Source of the DNA: Mobula hypostoma
Taxonomy: Eukaryota
Assembly (NCBI RefSeq): GCF_963921235.1
Contig: NC_086118.1
Location: forward strand, 18,478,001 to 18,542,000
Direction: 5' to 3'
Length of the DNA: 64,000 nt
How positions within the stretch are numbered: the stretch's first letter is position 1; the number at the start of each line of letters is the position of its first letter. Below the pieces are notes generated by a model. That model had not been told where the DNA came from and searched no databases. It was given only the letters and a program-made list of their open reading frames with translations. Below, piece after piece: positions 27,180 to 40,044 of this stretch. Position numbers and translations under genes: made by a program.

Positions 27180-28662
27180 AAAATGAAGATAAAATTGAAA
27201 TCCTTTTGGTTGGTCCCAAATTGAAAAGAAATAAACCTTTGATAAACTTGGGAACTTGGCTGCCCTTGTAAATCAGAAGTAACTAGCCTGCATGTATTGA
27301 TTTACTGCAATCAATAGCCTGTAACTTCCCTTTTGGAGTTGTGCTTTTGAACTGCCTGTACGACCTGGCATTTCTGCACTATTCTGGAGGTTTTGGTGAT
27401 CTGGAGTCCTGAAGGTGCTGTGGTGGGTTCGGGCCAAATCTAAGCGGTTGGGGCATGAGCCTGAGAGCGAGGTACAGGCCGATGTTTGGCCATCGGTGGA
27501 GCAGACCTGAGGCCGAATCAAAGTGTCAGAGCCTGGGCCTGAGAGCAGGGAATGAACTGATGTTTGTCTGATTTAAGAGCAGGGCCGAATTGAAAAGGTT
27601 GGGGTGTCAGGGCCAGAGGCAAGGGATGGGCTGGTGTTCAGCTCACAGCTCCATGAGCTTTACTTGTCCCTGTGAGGAACTGAGGCTGTGGCCTGCAACT
27701 AATAGGCTCCTGGACCGGCTGCAGCAATGAACTGGCTTCATGGCTGCGGACTCACTTTCATAAACTTCAGTTTTGAGTGCTATTTGTTTACATTTTATTG
27801 CTTGCACGATTTGTTCTTTTTTTCCTCTCACATCGAGCATTTGATAACGTTTTTTTAATGTGTTCTATTGGGTTCTTTGTTTTTGTGGTTGCCTGTAAGA
27901 AGACAAATTTCAAAATTGTACATAGTTACATACTTTGATAATAACTGTACTTAGAGCTTTGTTATCCTAGATTCAGATTTTAATTTTAAATCCCACATCA
28001 AGGAAGTGACTAGAGTAGCAGCTTTGCACTTAAGAAATATTGCAAATGTATGTTCATTTCTGTCACGCAATGATGCTGAAGCACTAACACATGCCTTTAT
28101 ATCAAATAGACGAGGTTACACGTACTGCACTTTTTACTATTGACAACTTCAATTCATTTAGAATACCGCTGCTAAACTTATAACTAAAACCAGGATGAGA
28201 GAACACATCACTCTCATACCAGCTACTCTGCATTGGCTTCCTGTATCTTTTAGAATTGATTTTGAAATTCTCTTACTTGTTTTAAAGCTCTTAATAGTCT
28301 AGGACCAGAGTACCTTACAGAATTGTTTCCATTTTATAATCCTGCTCAACCTCTCAGGTCTTCTTCCGCCTGTCTCTTAAATCTAAACCATCTCCCTCAA
28401 AAGATAATTGCAGGCCAGCTTTTATGAACTTACACTCACAAACTGTAGAATTCAATGCCTAAAACTATGAGGAATGCAGACTCAGCTGACACTTTTAGAC
28501 ACTGGCACAAAACCTATTTATTTAAACTTACTTTTAACAGACATCCTTTTGTCCTCATGTTTGTACCTTTATCCCATTGTAAAGCACTTTGAACTACATC
28601 AACTGTATGAAAAGTGCTCTATGAAGTTATTATATTATTATTATTATTATTATTATATTTTT
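27180..28662 (+). mobile_element. L2-clade LINE 3' fragment with (TAT)n tail, interrupted at ~27296-27960
   Basis: VILDSDFNFKSHI, LHLRNIANV, AEALTHAFISNR, EHITL...LHWLPVSFRIDF. Tail GTAAAGCACTTTGA...(TAT)n at 28627-28662. Confidence 0.8.
27296..27960 (+). mobile_element. Unclassified non-autonomous retroelement with a Rex1-like 3' tail, inserted in the L2
   Basis: GC-rich non-coding body ending TTTGATAATAACTGTACTTAGAGCTTT. L2 coding sequence resumes immediately after it. Confidence 0.5.
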
Positions 28663-30150
28663 TTATTTATTTCTCAGCTCAAGCTGGTAAAACCTGAGTT
28701 ACGAGCACAGCCAAGCATACACATTGCCAATTGATAGGATCTTTTGGACTATTCTAGTGGTGTTCAGCATTGCGGCTCTCTGTAGGTTTATATAAATATT
28801 GAGGTGTAGGCTTAATTGTTTAATGCTATTGCATAGTGACTTTGAAATAATACCTGTTGTAGATAATAAGACCATAAGACAAAGGAGCAGAAGTCGGCCA
28901 TTCGGCCCATCGAGTCTGCTCTACCATTTTATCATGAGCTGATCCATTCTCCCATTTAGTCCCACTCGCCCGCCTTCTCACCATAACCTTTGATGCCCTG
29001 GCTACTCAGATACCTATCAATCTCTGTTAATACTGTTAGAACATTGTATACCTCGTACATGTTCCATAGTCTTACAATTTCCTCTTCTATTTCATCATAT
29101 TTCTGCTGTTTTTCACTTATTGATTTCTGTATGTTGTGTGTGTTTGGAATACTTATATCTATTAAGTTGTTCTTGCTTAAGTAAGTTGTTCCTGTAATAT
29201 TATATCTGAATGGTTATCATGGATTGCCCTAACTGTAACAATGTACCAGTCGTAATATAATTTAAAGGACCCTGCCTCTGAAACTGGATCAGGCTTATAT
29301 TTAAAGTATAAGTTTGTATTTTAAAAGAAGATTTTCATGAACGATGTTTGCCACTTGATTGTGCCTGTGTAAGAAATCAGATTGAATTAAACTACCGTTG
29401 GATATTGCTTCTGGATTCTCTTTGCATTTTCAGCATATATCATCTTGAATTTTTTTGGTCTTTCATCATGTATTTTTGATCATTTTTTTGTGTTAACCAC
29501 CTGGTCCTGTATTGCCACAAGGAACGCTTCCTGGTAATTTTAACCTTGTGTAATTTTTACTATTGAGCTCTGTTTGGCAGATTTTATTAAGCCTTGAAAA
29601 TTCTTTCAAAAGTTTCCCTTTATTATACTATGATCTATTTTCTTTGTTTTTTGGCATCCAGATACTGTACTTAGATGTTTCATATTCATCAATGAGTTGT
29701 ACTGCATCCTGCTGCTATGCTTTGTATTCTACTAGCTCTATTGTACCTTTCTTTATGTTTAATTTTCTGCACTTATTGGGTCCAAAGTTCATGATTGTAG
29801 CTTCAGAAAATAGTTCTTCTATTTGAATTAATTGTTTTAGGCTCACTGATGAAAGAGCATTTCATTTCAAATTGTCCATGTATAGAGGTGTGTTGAGGTA
29901 TAATTCATTTGGTTGTCTCTGATTTAATATCCAATCTTTATCGAAATTCAGTAAATTAGAGTGTGAGTTGAAAGCTAGAAAAAACTGTAGTGGCTTAGAG
30001 AGTCGCTCTGGAAAATGGCTTTGTTTATTTTGAGAATGGTGACTGTTCTTTTTTGATTGTTAATACATAGGGTGATTATAATAGGCTTCATCAGGTGTTG
30101 TAGGAATTTCCCCAAAGTATTAGGTGTAGTATATAAATAATTTAAGAACT
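28663..30150 (-). mobile_element. R4/Dong-clade non-LTR retrotransposon (RT + Zn-knuckle + restriction-like endonuclease), 5'-truncated, degraded
   Basis: Minus-strand motifs in the expected order: KAIFQSDSLS (~30020-29993), THL.YMDNLK (29882-29871), MNFGPNKCR, FLVAIQDQVVNTK (~29525-29487), LHRHNQVANIVH, DIIL..IDISIPNTHN..EKQQKY (~29215-29098), STTGIISKSL..LQRAAMLNTTRIVQK. Both ends abut (TAA)n. Confidence 0.85.
28868..29025 (-). mobile_element. Short CR1 3'-end stub inserted in the R4/Dong element
   Basis: AGACCATAAGACAAAGGAGCAGAAGTCGGCCATTCGGCCC is a typical reverse-strand CR1 3' terminus. R4 coding sequence continues on both sides. Confidence 0.75.
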
Positions 30151-30164
30151 TATTATTATTATTA

Positions 30165-33100
30165 GAGGTCCTGAAAGGAGAATATAGGGAGCTAGGAAGG
30201 GAGTTGAGAAAAAGGACCGCAAAGGTAGTAATCTCGGGATTACTGCCTGTGCCAGGCGACAGTGAGAGCAAGAATGCGATGAGGTGGAGGATAAATGCGT
30301 GGCTGAGGGATTGGAGCAGGAGGCAGGGATTCAAGTTTTTGGATCATTGGGACCTCTTTTGGCGCAGGCGTGACCTGTACAAAAAGGACGGGTTACACTT
30401 GAATCCTAGGGGGACAATATCCTGGCAGGGAGATTAGCGAGGGCTACTGAGGTGACTTTAAACTAGAATGGTTGGGGGGTGGGAATCAAATTAAAGAGGC
30501 TAGGCGAGAGGAGGTTAGTTCACAACAGGGGAATGGGAACCAGTGCAGAGAGACAGAGGGGTGTAAAGTGAGGGTAGAAGCAAAAAGTAGTAAGGAGAAA
30601 AGTAAAAGTGGCAGGCCGACAAATCCAGGGCAAGCATCAAAAAGGGCCACTTTTCAACGTATTTGTATAAGGGCTAAGAGAGTTGTAAAAGAGCACCTGA
30701 AGGCTTTGCGTGTCAATGCAAGGAGCATTTGTAACAAGGTGGATGAATTGAAAGTGCAGATTGTTATTAATGATTATGATATGGTTGGGATCACAGAGAC
30801 ATGGCTCCAGGGTGACCAAGGATGGGAGCTCAACATTCAGGGATATTCAATATTCAGGAGGGATAGACATGAAAGAAAAGGAGGTGGGGTGCGTTGCTGG
30901 TTAAAGATGAGATTAACACAATAGAAAGGAAGGACATAAGCTGGGAAGATGTGGAATCGATATGGGTAGAGCTGCGTAAAACTAAGGGGCAGAAAACACT
31001 GGTGGGAGTTGTGTACAGGCCACCTAACAGTAGCAGTGAGGTCGGAGATGGTATTAAACAGGAAATTAGAAATGTGTGCAATAAAGGAACAGCAGTTATA
31101 ATGGGTGACTTCAATCTACATGTAGATTGGGTGAACCAAATTGGTAAATGTGCTGAGGAAGAGGATTTCTTGGAATGTATGCGGGATGGTTTTTTGAACC
31201 AACATGTCGAGGAACCAACTAGAGAGCAGGCTATTCTAGACTGGGTTTTGAGCCATGAGGAAGGGTTAATTAGTAATCTTGTCGTGAGAGGCCCCTTGGG
31301 TAAGAGTGACCATAATATGGTGGAATTCTTCATTAAGATGGAGAGTGACATAGTTAATTCAGAAACAAAGGTTCTGAACTTAAAGAGGGGTAATTTTGAA
31401 GGTATGAGACGTGAATTAGCTAAGATAGACTGGCAAATGACACTTAAAGGATTGACGGTGGATATGCAATGGCAAGCATTTAAAGGTTGCATGGATGAAC
31501 TACAACAATTGTTCATCCCAGTTGGCAAAAGAATAAATCAAGGAAGGTAGTGCACCCATGGCTGACAAGAGAAATTAGGGATAGTATCAATTCCAAAGAA
31601 GAAACATACAAATTAGCCAGAAAAAGTGGCTGACCTGAGGACTGGAAAAAATTCAGAGTTCAGCAGAGGAGAGCAAAGGGCTTAATTAGGAAGGGGAAAA
31701 AAGATTATGAAAGAAAACTGGCAGGGAACATAAAAACTAACTGTAAAAGCTTTTATAGATATGTAGAAAGGAAAAGACTGGTAAAGACAAATGTAGGTCC
31801 CCTACAGACAGAAACAGGTGAATTGATTATGGGGAGCAAGGACACGGCAGACCAATTGAATAATTACTTTGGTTCTGTCTTCACTAAGGAGGACATAAAT
31901 AATCTTCCAGAAATAGTAGGGGACAGAGGGTCCAGTGAGATGGAGGAACTGAGCGAAATACATATTAGTAGGGAAGTGGTGTTGGGTAAATTGAAGGGAT
32001 TAAAGGCAGATAAATCCCCAGGGCCAGATGGTCTGCATCCCAGAGTGCTTAAGGAAGTAGCCCAAGAAATAGTGGATGCATTAGTGATAATTTTTCAAAA
32101 CTCCTTAGATTCTGGACTAGTTCCTCCTGAGGATTGGAGGGTGGCTAATGTAACCCCACTTTTTAAAAAAGGAGGGAGAGAGAAACTGGGGAATTATAGA
32201 CCGGTTAGCCTAACGTCGGTGGTGGGGAAACTGCTGGAGTCAGTTATCAAAGATGTGATAACAGCACATTTGGAAAGCAGTGAAATCATCGGACAAAGTC
32301 AGCATGGATTTGTAAAAGGAAAATCATGTCTGACGAATCTCATAGAATTTTTTGAGGATGTAACTAGTAGAGTGGATAGGGGAGAACCAGTGGATGTGGT
32401 ATATTTGGAATTTCAAAAGGCTTTTGACAAGGTCCCACACAGGAGATTAGTGTGCAAACTTAAAGCACACGGTATTGGTGGTAAGGTATTGATGTGGATA
32501 GAGAATTGGTTAGCAGACAGGAAGCAAAGAGTGGGAATAAATGGGACCTTTTCAGAATGGCAGGCAGTGACTAGTGGGGTACCGCAAGGCTCAGTGCTGG
32601 GACCCCAGTTGTTTACAATATATATTAATGACTTGGATGAGGGAATTAAATGCAGCATCTCCAAGTTTGCGGATGACATGAAGCTGGGCGGCAGTGTTAG
32701 CTGTGAGGAGGATGCTAAGAGGATGCAGAGTGACTTGGATAGGTTGGGTGAGTGGGCAAATTCATGGCAGATGCAACTTAATGTGGATAAATGTGAAGTT
32801 ATCCACTTTGGTGGCAAAAATAGGAAAACAGATTATTATCTGAATGGTGGGCAATTAGGAAAAGGGGAGGTGCAACGAGACCTGGGTATCATTATACACC
32901 AGTCATTGAAAGTGGGCATGCAGGTACAGCAGGTGGTGAAAAAGGCGAATGGTATGCTGGCATTTATAGCTAGAGGATTCGAGTACAGGAGCAGGGAGGT
33001 ACTACTGCAGTTGTACAAGGCCTTGGTGAGACCACACCTGGAGTATTGTGTGCAGTTTTGATCCCCTAATCTGAGGAAAGACATTCTTGCCATAGAGGGA

Positions 33101-33595
33101 GTACAAAGAAGGTTCACCAGATTGATTCCTGGGATGGCAGGACTTTCATATGAAGAAAGACTGGATGAACTGGGCTTGTACTCGTTGGAATTTAGAAGAT
33201 TGAGGGGGGGATCGGATTGAAACGTATAAAATCCTAAAGGGATTGGACAGGCTAGATGCAGGAAGATTGTTCCCGATGTTGGGGAAGTCCAGAACGAGGG
33301 GTCACAGTTTGAGGATAAAGGGGAAGCCTTTTAGGACCGAGATTAGGAAAAACTTCTTCATACAGAGAGTGGTGAATCTGTGGAATTCTCTGCCACAGGA
33401 AACAGTTGAGGCCAGTTCATTGGCTATATTTAAGAGGGAGTTAGATATGGCCCTTGTGGCTACGGGGATCAGGGGGTATGGAGGGAAGGCTGGTGCAGGG
33501 TTCTGAGTTGGATGATCAGCCATGATCATAATAAATGGCGGTGCAGGCTCGAAGGGCCAAATGGCCTACTCCTGCACCTATTTTCTATGTTTCTA
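30165..33595 (+). mobile_element. Young CR1 LINE: ORF1 C-terminus (SGNH esterase-like), complete ORF2 region and 3' UTR
   Basis: ORF1 KVVISGLLPVP...LYKKDGLHLNPRG. ORF2 NARSI, VGITETWL, GVVYRPP, MGDFN, SDHN and RT motifs. TTCTATG tail. Inserted in a (TAT)n run (TATTATTA on both sides). Confidence 0.95.
30690..33506 (+). pseudogene. CR1 ORF2 (APE endonuclease + reverse transcriptase), disrupted
   Basis: Split across ORFs 30472-30924, 30894-31550, 31823-33061 and 33243-33506. Lesions: frameshifts (~30890, ~31530, G-run ~33205) and stops (e.g. TGA 33059-33061). Confidence 0.9.
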
Positions 33596-36020
33596 TTATT
33601 ATACCAAAAATGTATAGCTTGGTAAGAACACAGATTCATTAGTGCAAGAAGCTGTTAAGACTACAGTACAGAAACATTTCCGGCATGTAGATAATCATTA
33701 AACTTCCCGGTAAGTTTAACTAGGCAATACCGAGCTTCTACATTAAATTGACTGTCAATTATCTTTGTATTAATGTCATTGTTTTCAGAACTTGCTATGT
33801 GCAAAAGTTCTGTTCAGTTTTCCTACAATGCAATAGTATCTTTCTTTATTTTGCCATTATGCTGCTGGCATTTAGGGCAGCAGTGAAGATCCCATTTGGA
33901 TCCTTCATTGCTGTTCCATTACAATTTTATTTTACCAGTCAGGGCTGTCGGCCCTGAGCTGAACTTCTGAACCTGGAGGACCGGTGGATTACTCTCCTAG
34001 TCTTAGAACGCAATCGTATATCCACTTTAAAATACTGTTGCTTTAGAAAAAATTGGGGTCACAATGGGGACAAGTGTCCATATTGATGCATATCATTCTT
34101 CATATTTACCTGAATTCTAGCATGAAGAAATGCTGAACTTAGGTCAAGAAAGCTGAAAAAGAGGACTGAGCAAATATTGGCATCTTATCAATTCCTAACT
34201 GCTGTTTGAATTTTAAAATTAAATGAGTTTAAAGTTAGTCCATGGGCCCACTCCATCCCGGATATTTACACGAAAACGTTTTCCCCTGCTATCATAAAGA
34301 ACAAGGTATGAGGAAAACCCTTACTAAGTTGGATCCTATCCTTCAGCAGTGTATCAACTTTGTACTCACCATTAGTGGGAGTTTGAGTGGGACTGATCAA
34401 TCCCAGGTGATTGTAATTATGGTGATGGTTACCTACAAAGCAAAGAAAGAAGGGGTAAAGCAAAAATAAATGCTGGCAAATTATACATCGATAAACATTT
34501 TAATTGTTTAATAATTGCATCTTTATATAATAACTGTCTTGAAAGGTACAAAAATGTCATAACTGAATATAGCAAACATTTGCATTTTTACCATTTTGTC
34601 GGTGATTGTATTACAGTCGTGATATATGCAAATCATTGCAAATGTAGGTGACATAAACATTTTTATTTTCTCTATGGGGAATCTTGTGATGGAAAATGGA
34701 ATCTACAAGAATGCTTTGTGTGAATTTGGTGTTTATATAGATTATTCCATTTAAAATTCTGTAGATAGTTCAGATTGTAAGTCACTTGCTTGGATAAATT
34801 AGTGAGGATACAGGCAGCTGACTTATGAATACTACTTACTTGCTTTGAGTCTGAATTAAAATGACCCTACCTTAAAAGCAGCTGTTCTTTCCTTTTTAAT
34901 ACACTTAAGCAATATAACAACACATTAATCTTTCCACAAACTCGTGAGATTTAGAAAACCAATTTCTGTAAATTTATTCACCAGCATAGGAGCCACAAAT
35001 CAACTTGGGACCAGACCAACAAAATATATTAGTTATTCATCCCAACTGCTAGCTAGTGAATATAGTGTGGTGGAGAAATCATTAATACTTAAACAATGTA
35101 GATATTTCAAACCATTTGTCATAATAAGTAAAAGACAGAAGTGAGTGTATTTATAATTAAAAACAAGGACATCAATCACAACAAAGAAATGAATGATTAA
35201 CAGAGTATCACAAAATTCTGCCACAATATAAACATTTAAAATTTACACAGCAAAGGCAGTTGTTATTATTTTACAATTATTGATATATCAGTTTTCATTG
35301 ATCATTTTTGATTTACTTTGTTATTTAGAAGGCAAGCCCACAACAGATTGTTCAGAGAATTCTCGACTCCATTGCACTTCACTAGTTCTCAGCTCTGTAT
35401 TGTTTGCAGTGCCGTAGGAGATCCACCTCCACTGTTGTCTTAAATGTTCGGCATTACCAATCATGTTTGCTTGTCAGAAAATTGCCATTAAACTCAACGA
35501 TGTTAAAATGGCTTGCTTCTTCCCAATACAAAGCTATTTCCCTTTCAAGGTGCACAAGAGATCCTTAATGAAAAAGCAAGTTGAAAAGCAAATGGCCCTG
35601 CGGCACAACTTTTGTTGGAGTTCCATCGCAGTAAGACTAATCACTTAATGGAATAGAGATCAAATTAATTCAACTAGGGGTGTACAGAATCAGAAACTAC
35701 TAAAATAAGTGGGATAGGAGACAATGAATAGTGTTCAGAAGTATTTTAGGACAATGAATGAAGATCAGAAATATTTCAGCCATGGCTTGGTGATTACATT
35801 CTCAAAGTTGATCTTAAGGTTAGTTTTCTTCAATGCCCACTCCAGTGATGAAACTTGTTTGCAGCTTTGTAAGAGATGGCGTCCAATTGATGAGAATAAT
35901 GGCCATGACTTCCTTCTCATGAATTTGTCAAAGGAATAGGACACTTTCCACACAAGTGATCTGAACAATATTTATCTTCAAACTAAAATTAGGGAAGTAC
36001 ATTACAAGTACAAGTACATG

Positions 36021-36056
36021 AGTCCTGACGAAGGGTCTTGGCCTGAAATGTCGACT
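36021..36056 (+). ncRNA. Minimal type I hammerhead ribozyme motif (Penelope-associated)
   Basis: AGTC-CTGACGA-AGG(gtcttgg)CCT-GAAA-T-GTC-GACT: stem I AGTC/GACT, core CUGANGA and GAAA, cleavage triplet GUC. Stem III reduced to the A(C>T)GU palindrome. Confidence 0.65.
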
Positions 36057-36120
36057 GCACCTCTTCCTAGAGATGCTGCCTGGCCTGCTGCGTTCACCAG
36101 CAACTTTTATGTGTGTTACA
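36021..36120 (+). mobile_element. Solo Penelope pseudo-LTR (~100 bp), young
   Basis: Matches the 3' termini of the Penelope copies in the window. 72/76 identical to the revcomp of 47421-47496. Confidence 0.8.
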
Positions 36121-36769
36121 TTAGTTGTTCATTAATCTCTTTGCAGTTAATGAATTATGCTATGATCGACTTGATTGTTTCATTTTCTTCCATTATATAA
36201 TAAAAAATAACATTTTAAAATAAATTATTTGGCTGCAGTACACTCTTAAGATTAAAAAAAAGTTTTGAAACTTTCACAGAAATACTGCCAATACTGTTCA
36301 ACATTTTCGGCATTTATGTCTGTATTAATGCAGAAGTTTATAGATGTGAAGTGACTTTCTGATTTTGCTTCGCTCAGACTCTCCATTCAGTCCAGCAGTA
36401 ATTTCTGATTTTTCAGTATTTCTACTGCAGACCTATCTACTGAACCAATCCCAAGTCAGATTTAGCTCAGGCACAGAGGACCTATTGGAATGCATGGCTA
36501 AGATTGACTGCAAAGGTGAAGAGTAAATAAAAGACCATTTTCTTTCTTTCTCAAAAATTTGAATGTATTGAATTGATTTTGTGTTTTATTTTTTAATATA
36601 TTTTAAACAATTTTAAGAATTAACAAAGACTATTTTTTATTTTTGAATTTAAATAAATAATTATGAATGTTTCACACTACCAGCATATCTTCTGTTCCAC
36701 CAGGGGTCCAGACACCCTTGACCATAGCTAAACAATCATCAAAAATGTCTACTGAGCCATGCGTCACCG

Positions 36770-39020
36770 ACACTTTGGTAAATCAGACCACCAAGCTGTA
36801 CTCTTTCTCCCAGCATGCTAACAGAAGCTGTAACAGGAGGATCTGGTACAGAAAGTCATTCAACGTTGGTCTGAGGAATTGAGCTACTATACAACTACTT
36901 TGAGTGAATACACTGGTCCATGTTCAAAGACTGAACAGCCAGCCTAGATGAGTATGTCACTTCCATCAAGGTCTTTATCAACAAGTTTTTTGAGGACTGT
37001 GTACCAAAGAGGACAGTCAGAGAGATCCCAAACTAGAAGCCATGGATGAACTGGGAGATCCTTTCCTGAATGAAATTTAGGACTGCAGTGTGATCTTGAC
37101 TGTTACAAGAAAACAAGACACAACTTCCATAAATCTGTCTGGGATGTCAATAGACAACATCACCCCAAAATAGAATCCCAGACAAGCTAACAGTTGTGAC
37201 AGGGCTTACATGCTATAACAGGTTACAAGATCGTCAGTATTGCTGACAGCACTGCATCCCTTCTCGATGAGCTTAATGCATTCTATGCACATTTAAACAG
37301 AAGATGATTGCACTGTCATCTCCGCCCCAACAGCCTTCACAGTCCACCGTTATGAACAAAAGATCAGTCTTCTGGAAAGTAAGTCTGGGGAAAGCAGTCG
37401 GCTCACATGATATCCTTGGCATTTTCCTTAGATTCTGCACAAATCAGCTGCTGGTGTATTTGCAGACTTTTTTTTAACCTCTCTTTGCTTCAATATGAGG
37501 TTCCTACTTACCTTCATCATCCCAGTACCTAAGGAAAACAAGGTAACATGCCTCAATGCCAGTGACATCTACCATCATACAGTGTTTTAAGATGCTGCTC
37601 ATGGTTTGCATTAATTCCACCCTCCCAGACAATTTTGACCCACTGCAATTCACCTACTGCCAGCACGAGTCTATGGTAGACACTATCTCCCAGGCACATA
37701 CTCATCTCTGGAGCTTCTGGACAGTAGAGACACTTACAGTATGTTAGACTGTTACTTAATGATTACAGCTCTGCCATCAGTACTATAATTCCAAGCAAAC
37801 TCATCACTAAACCCCTCAACCTGAGGCTCAACACCTGTCTTTGGAACTTGACTTCGTGACCAATAGATCTCAATCAGTAGGAAAGGCAATGGCATCTCCA
37901 ATTAACCTCAATATTGGTTTGGAAAAGTACATAGAAGGGAAGGGAACAGAGAGCTAGGGTCTACGTGCAGGTTGATGAGACAAGGCAGAATAACCATCTG
38001 CCATGTACTAGATGAGCTGAAATGGCTCTTTTTGTGCTCTAATGCTCTATGACCCTAACTTCACAAGCTGCATCCTCAACCCCCTTCTCTACTCTCTACA
38101 GATCATGACTGCATGGCCAGTTTCTGATGTAACCCCAACGACAAATTTCCAAATGAGACCAATGTAATGGGTTGTAGCTCAAATACAGTAATGAAGTGGA
38201 GTACAGGAAGAGATAGAGGGCCTACTGACATGCTATCATGACAATAATCTTTCCCTCAGTGTCAGTGAAACAAAAGAACTAGTCATTGACTTTAAGAAGG
38301 ACTATAGTACACATGCTCCTGTGGTCAACAGTGCTGAGGTTGAGAGTTTCATGCTCTTAGAAGTGAATATGACTATCGGCTTGTCTTGGTCCAGCCACAT
38401 GGATCCCATGGCCAAGAAAGCCCACCAGTGCCTTTGCTTCCTTGGCAGGCTAAAGAAATTTGGCATGTCCCCTACGATCTTCACCAGTTTTTATTGATGA
38501 ACCATAGAAAGCATCCCACCCAGATGAATCATGACTTGGTATGACAACATTTCTGCCAGTAACCGCAAGAAACTGCAGAGCTGTAGACCCAGTTCAGCTC
38601 ATCACAGAAACCAGCCTCCCCTTGATGATTTCAGTCTACAGTTCTTGCTGCCCCGGTAAAGCAGGCGACATAATCAAAGACCCTGCCCATCCTAGACATT
38701 CACTCTTCTCCCTCCCCCAACACACCCATTAAGCAGAAAATACAAAATCCTAAAAGCATGTATCCCGCTGTTAAAAGACTATTAACGTGTTCCCTAATAT
38801 GATAAAGTGGCCCCTTAACCTCACAATCTACCTCGTTATGACCTTGTACCATTTTGTCTGCCTGAACCACATTTTCTCCGAAAATGTAATATTTTATTCT
38901 GTGTTCTGTTATTGTTTTACCTTTTACTTCCTCAACGCACTGTTGTAATGAATTGACCTGTAAGACAAGTTTTTATCACTGGTCTTCTGTACATGTGGTA
39001 ATGATAAACTGATTTACTAA
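36770..39020 (+). mobile_element. Degraded Rex1/Babar LINE with a CR1 3' stub inserted at ~37915-38055
   Basis: DELNAFYAH, TSTIIQCFKMLL, FDPLQFTY, SETKELVIDF, KKAHQCLCFLGRLKKF. 3' UTR matches the 490-3310 and 5160-7165 family. Confidence 0.8.
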
Positions 39021-40044
39021 TTATATTCAAACATATTTAAATTCTTTCATGGCCGGTAAATTTAGATATGTGCCATAATTGGTTGCCAAGGCAGAACCTG
39101 TCATTAACAATTGATCGGACATTGATACACACTGGGCCTCACTGATGAGTTCAGAACTAGCTTAACTGAGGATGCCCACTTAGGGGTACACTAAAGTAAG
39201 AGTTGGTTTAGTGGGCAGATGAGAACTGAATCTCAGCTTTAAATGATTTAATGGAGATGCTGAGACAATGCAAATGCTATTTCTTGTTTTGTAAGTGAAT
39301 TGCTTACTTTTCCTGAAAGACACAAAGTTATTGCAATACTTGGGGATTTTAATATCAGCTCACACCATCCAGGAATAGTCTGTAACATAAAAGCTCACTG
39401 TAAATACTGCTGATTTTAGTTCACATTTGCAATGAATATGGAGGACTTCTGAAATATCGTTGCATGAAATAAAAAAGGCACAGACATAATTGGTGACATG
39501 ATGATATTTCAAGTCACTGAATAAGTAATTGCTCAAGAATTCATTCTTAAATGCACTGAAGCATTTCTATTAACTAGAACTAGGGCTGAATTAACTTGCA
39601 ATTAATATGAGAACAAATTACTGTGTACAGTATTTAATGTATTAATCATGCATACTATGTGGAAAAAAAGATTAAACAGAAGGAAAGATCCTCAAAAGAC
39701 CTGGTTGTTTAAAACTATAATAAACTTGCAATTTATTTTTTATTGTCCTTTCAAATGTTTAATGCTGCAGAATGATCAGATGGATGGGATGAAGAGATAT
39801 TGATGGTCAGTTAGAATTGCCAGGCACACCTCCTCACCTGCATCCACCTATTGCTTGTTAGCTCTTGTCCACTGACTGAGTTCCTCCATCATCTTGTATG
39901 TTGCTACAGAAAGGCAATAACTAAAATATCAGCCTTCAACGCTAGAACAAAAGGGGATAGAAGTGATCTAGAGACAGAGGAGCCACAAGCACGTATGATG
40001 GTGCAGGGTTAGGGAAAAGTCAGTGATATACTCATGGAGTGTAT

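Noticed and set aside
30854..33529. Minus-strand ORFs (224, 134, 93, 75 aa) that recur at 1674-2788 and 54292-54984
   Set aside because: They are antisense shadows of CR1 ORF2 and recur only because the CR1 copies are near-identical.
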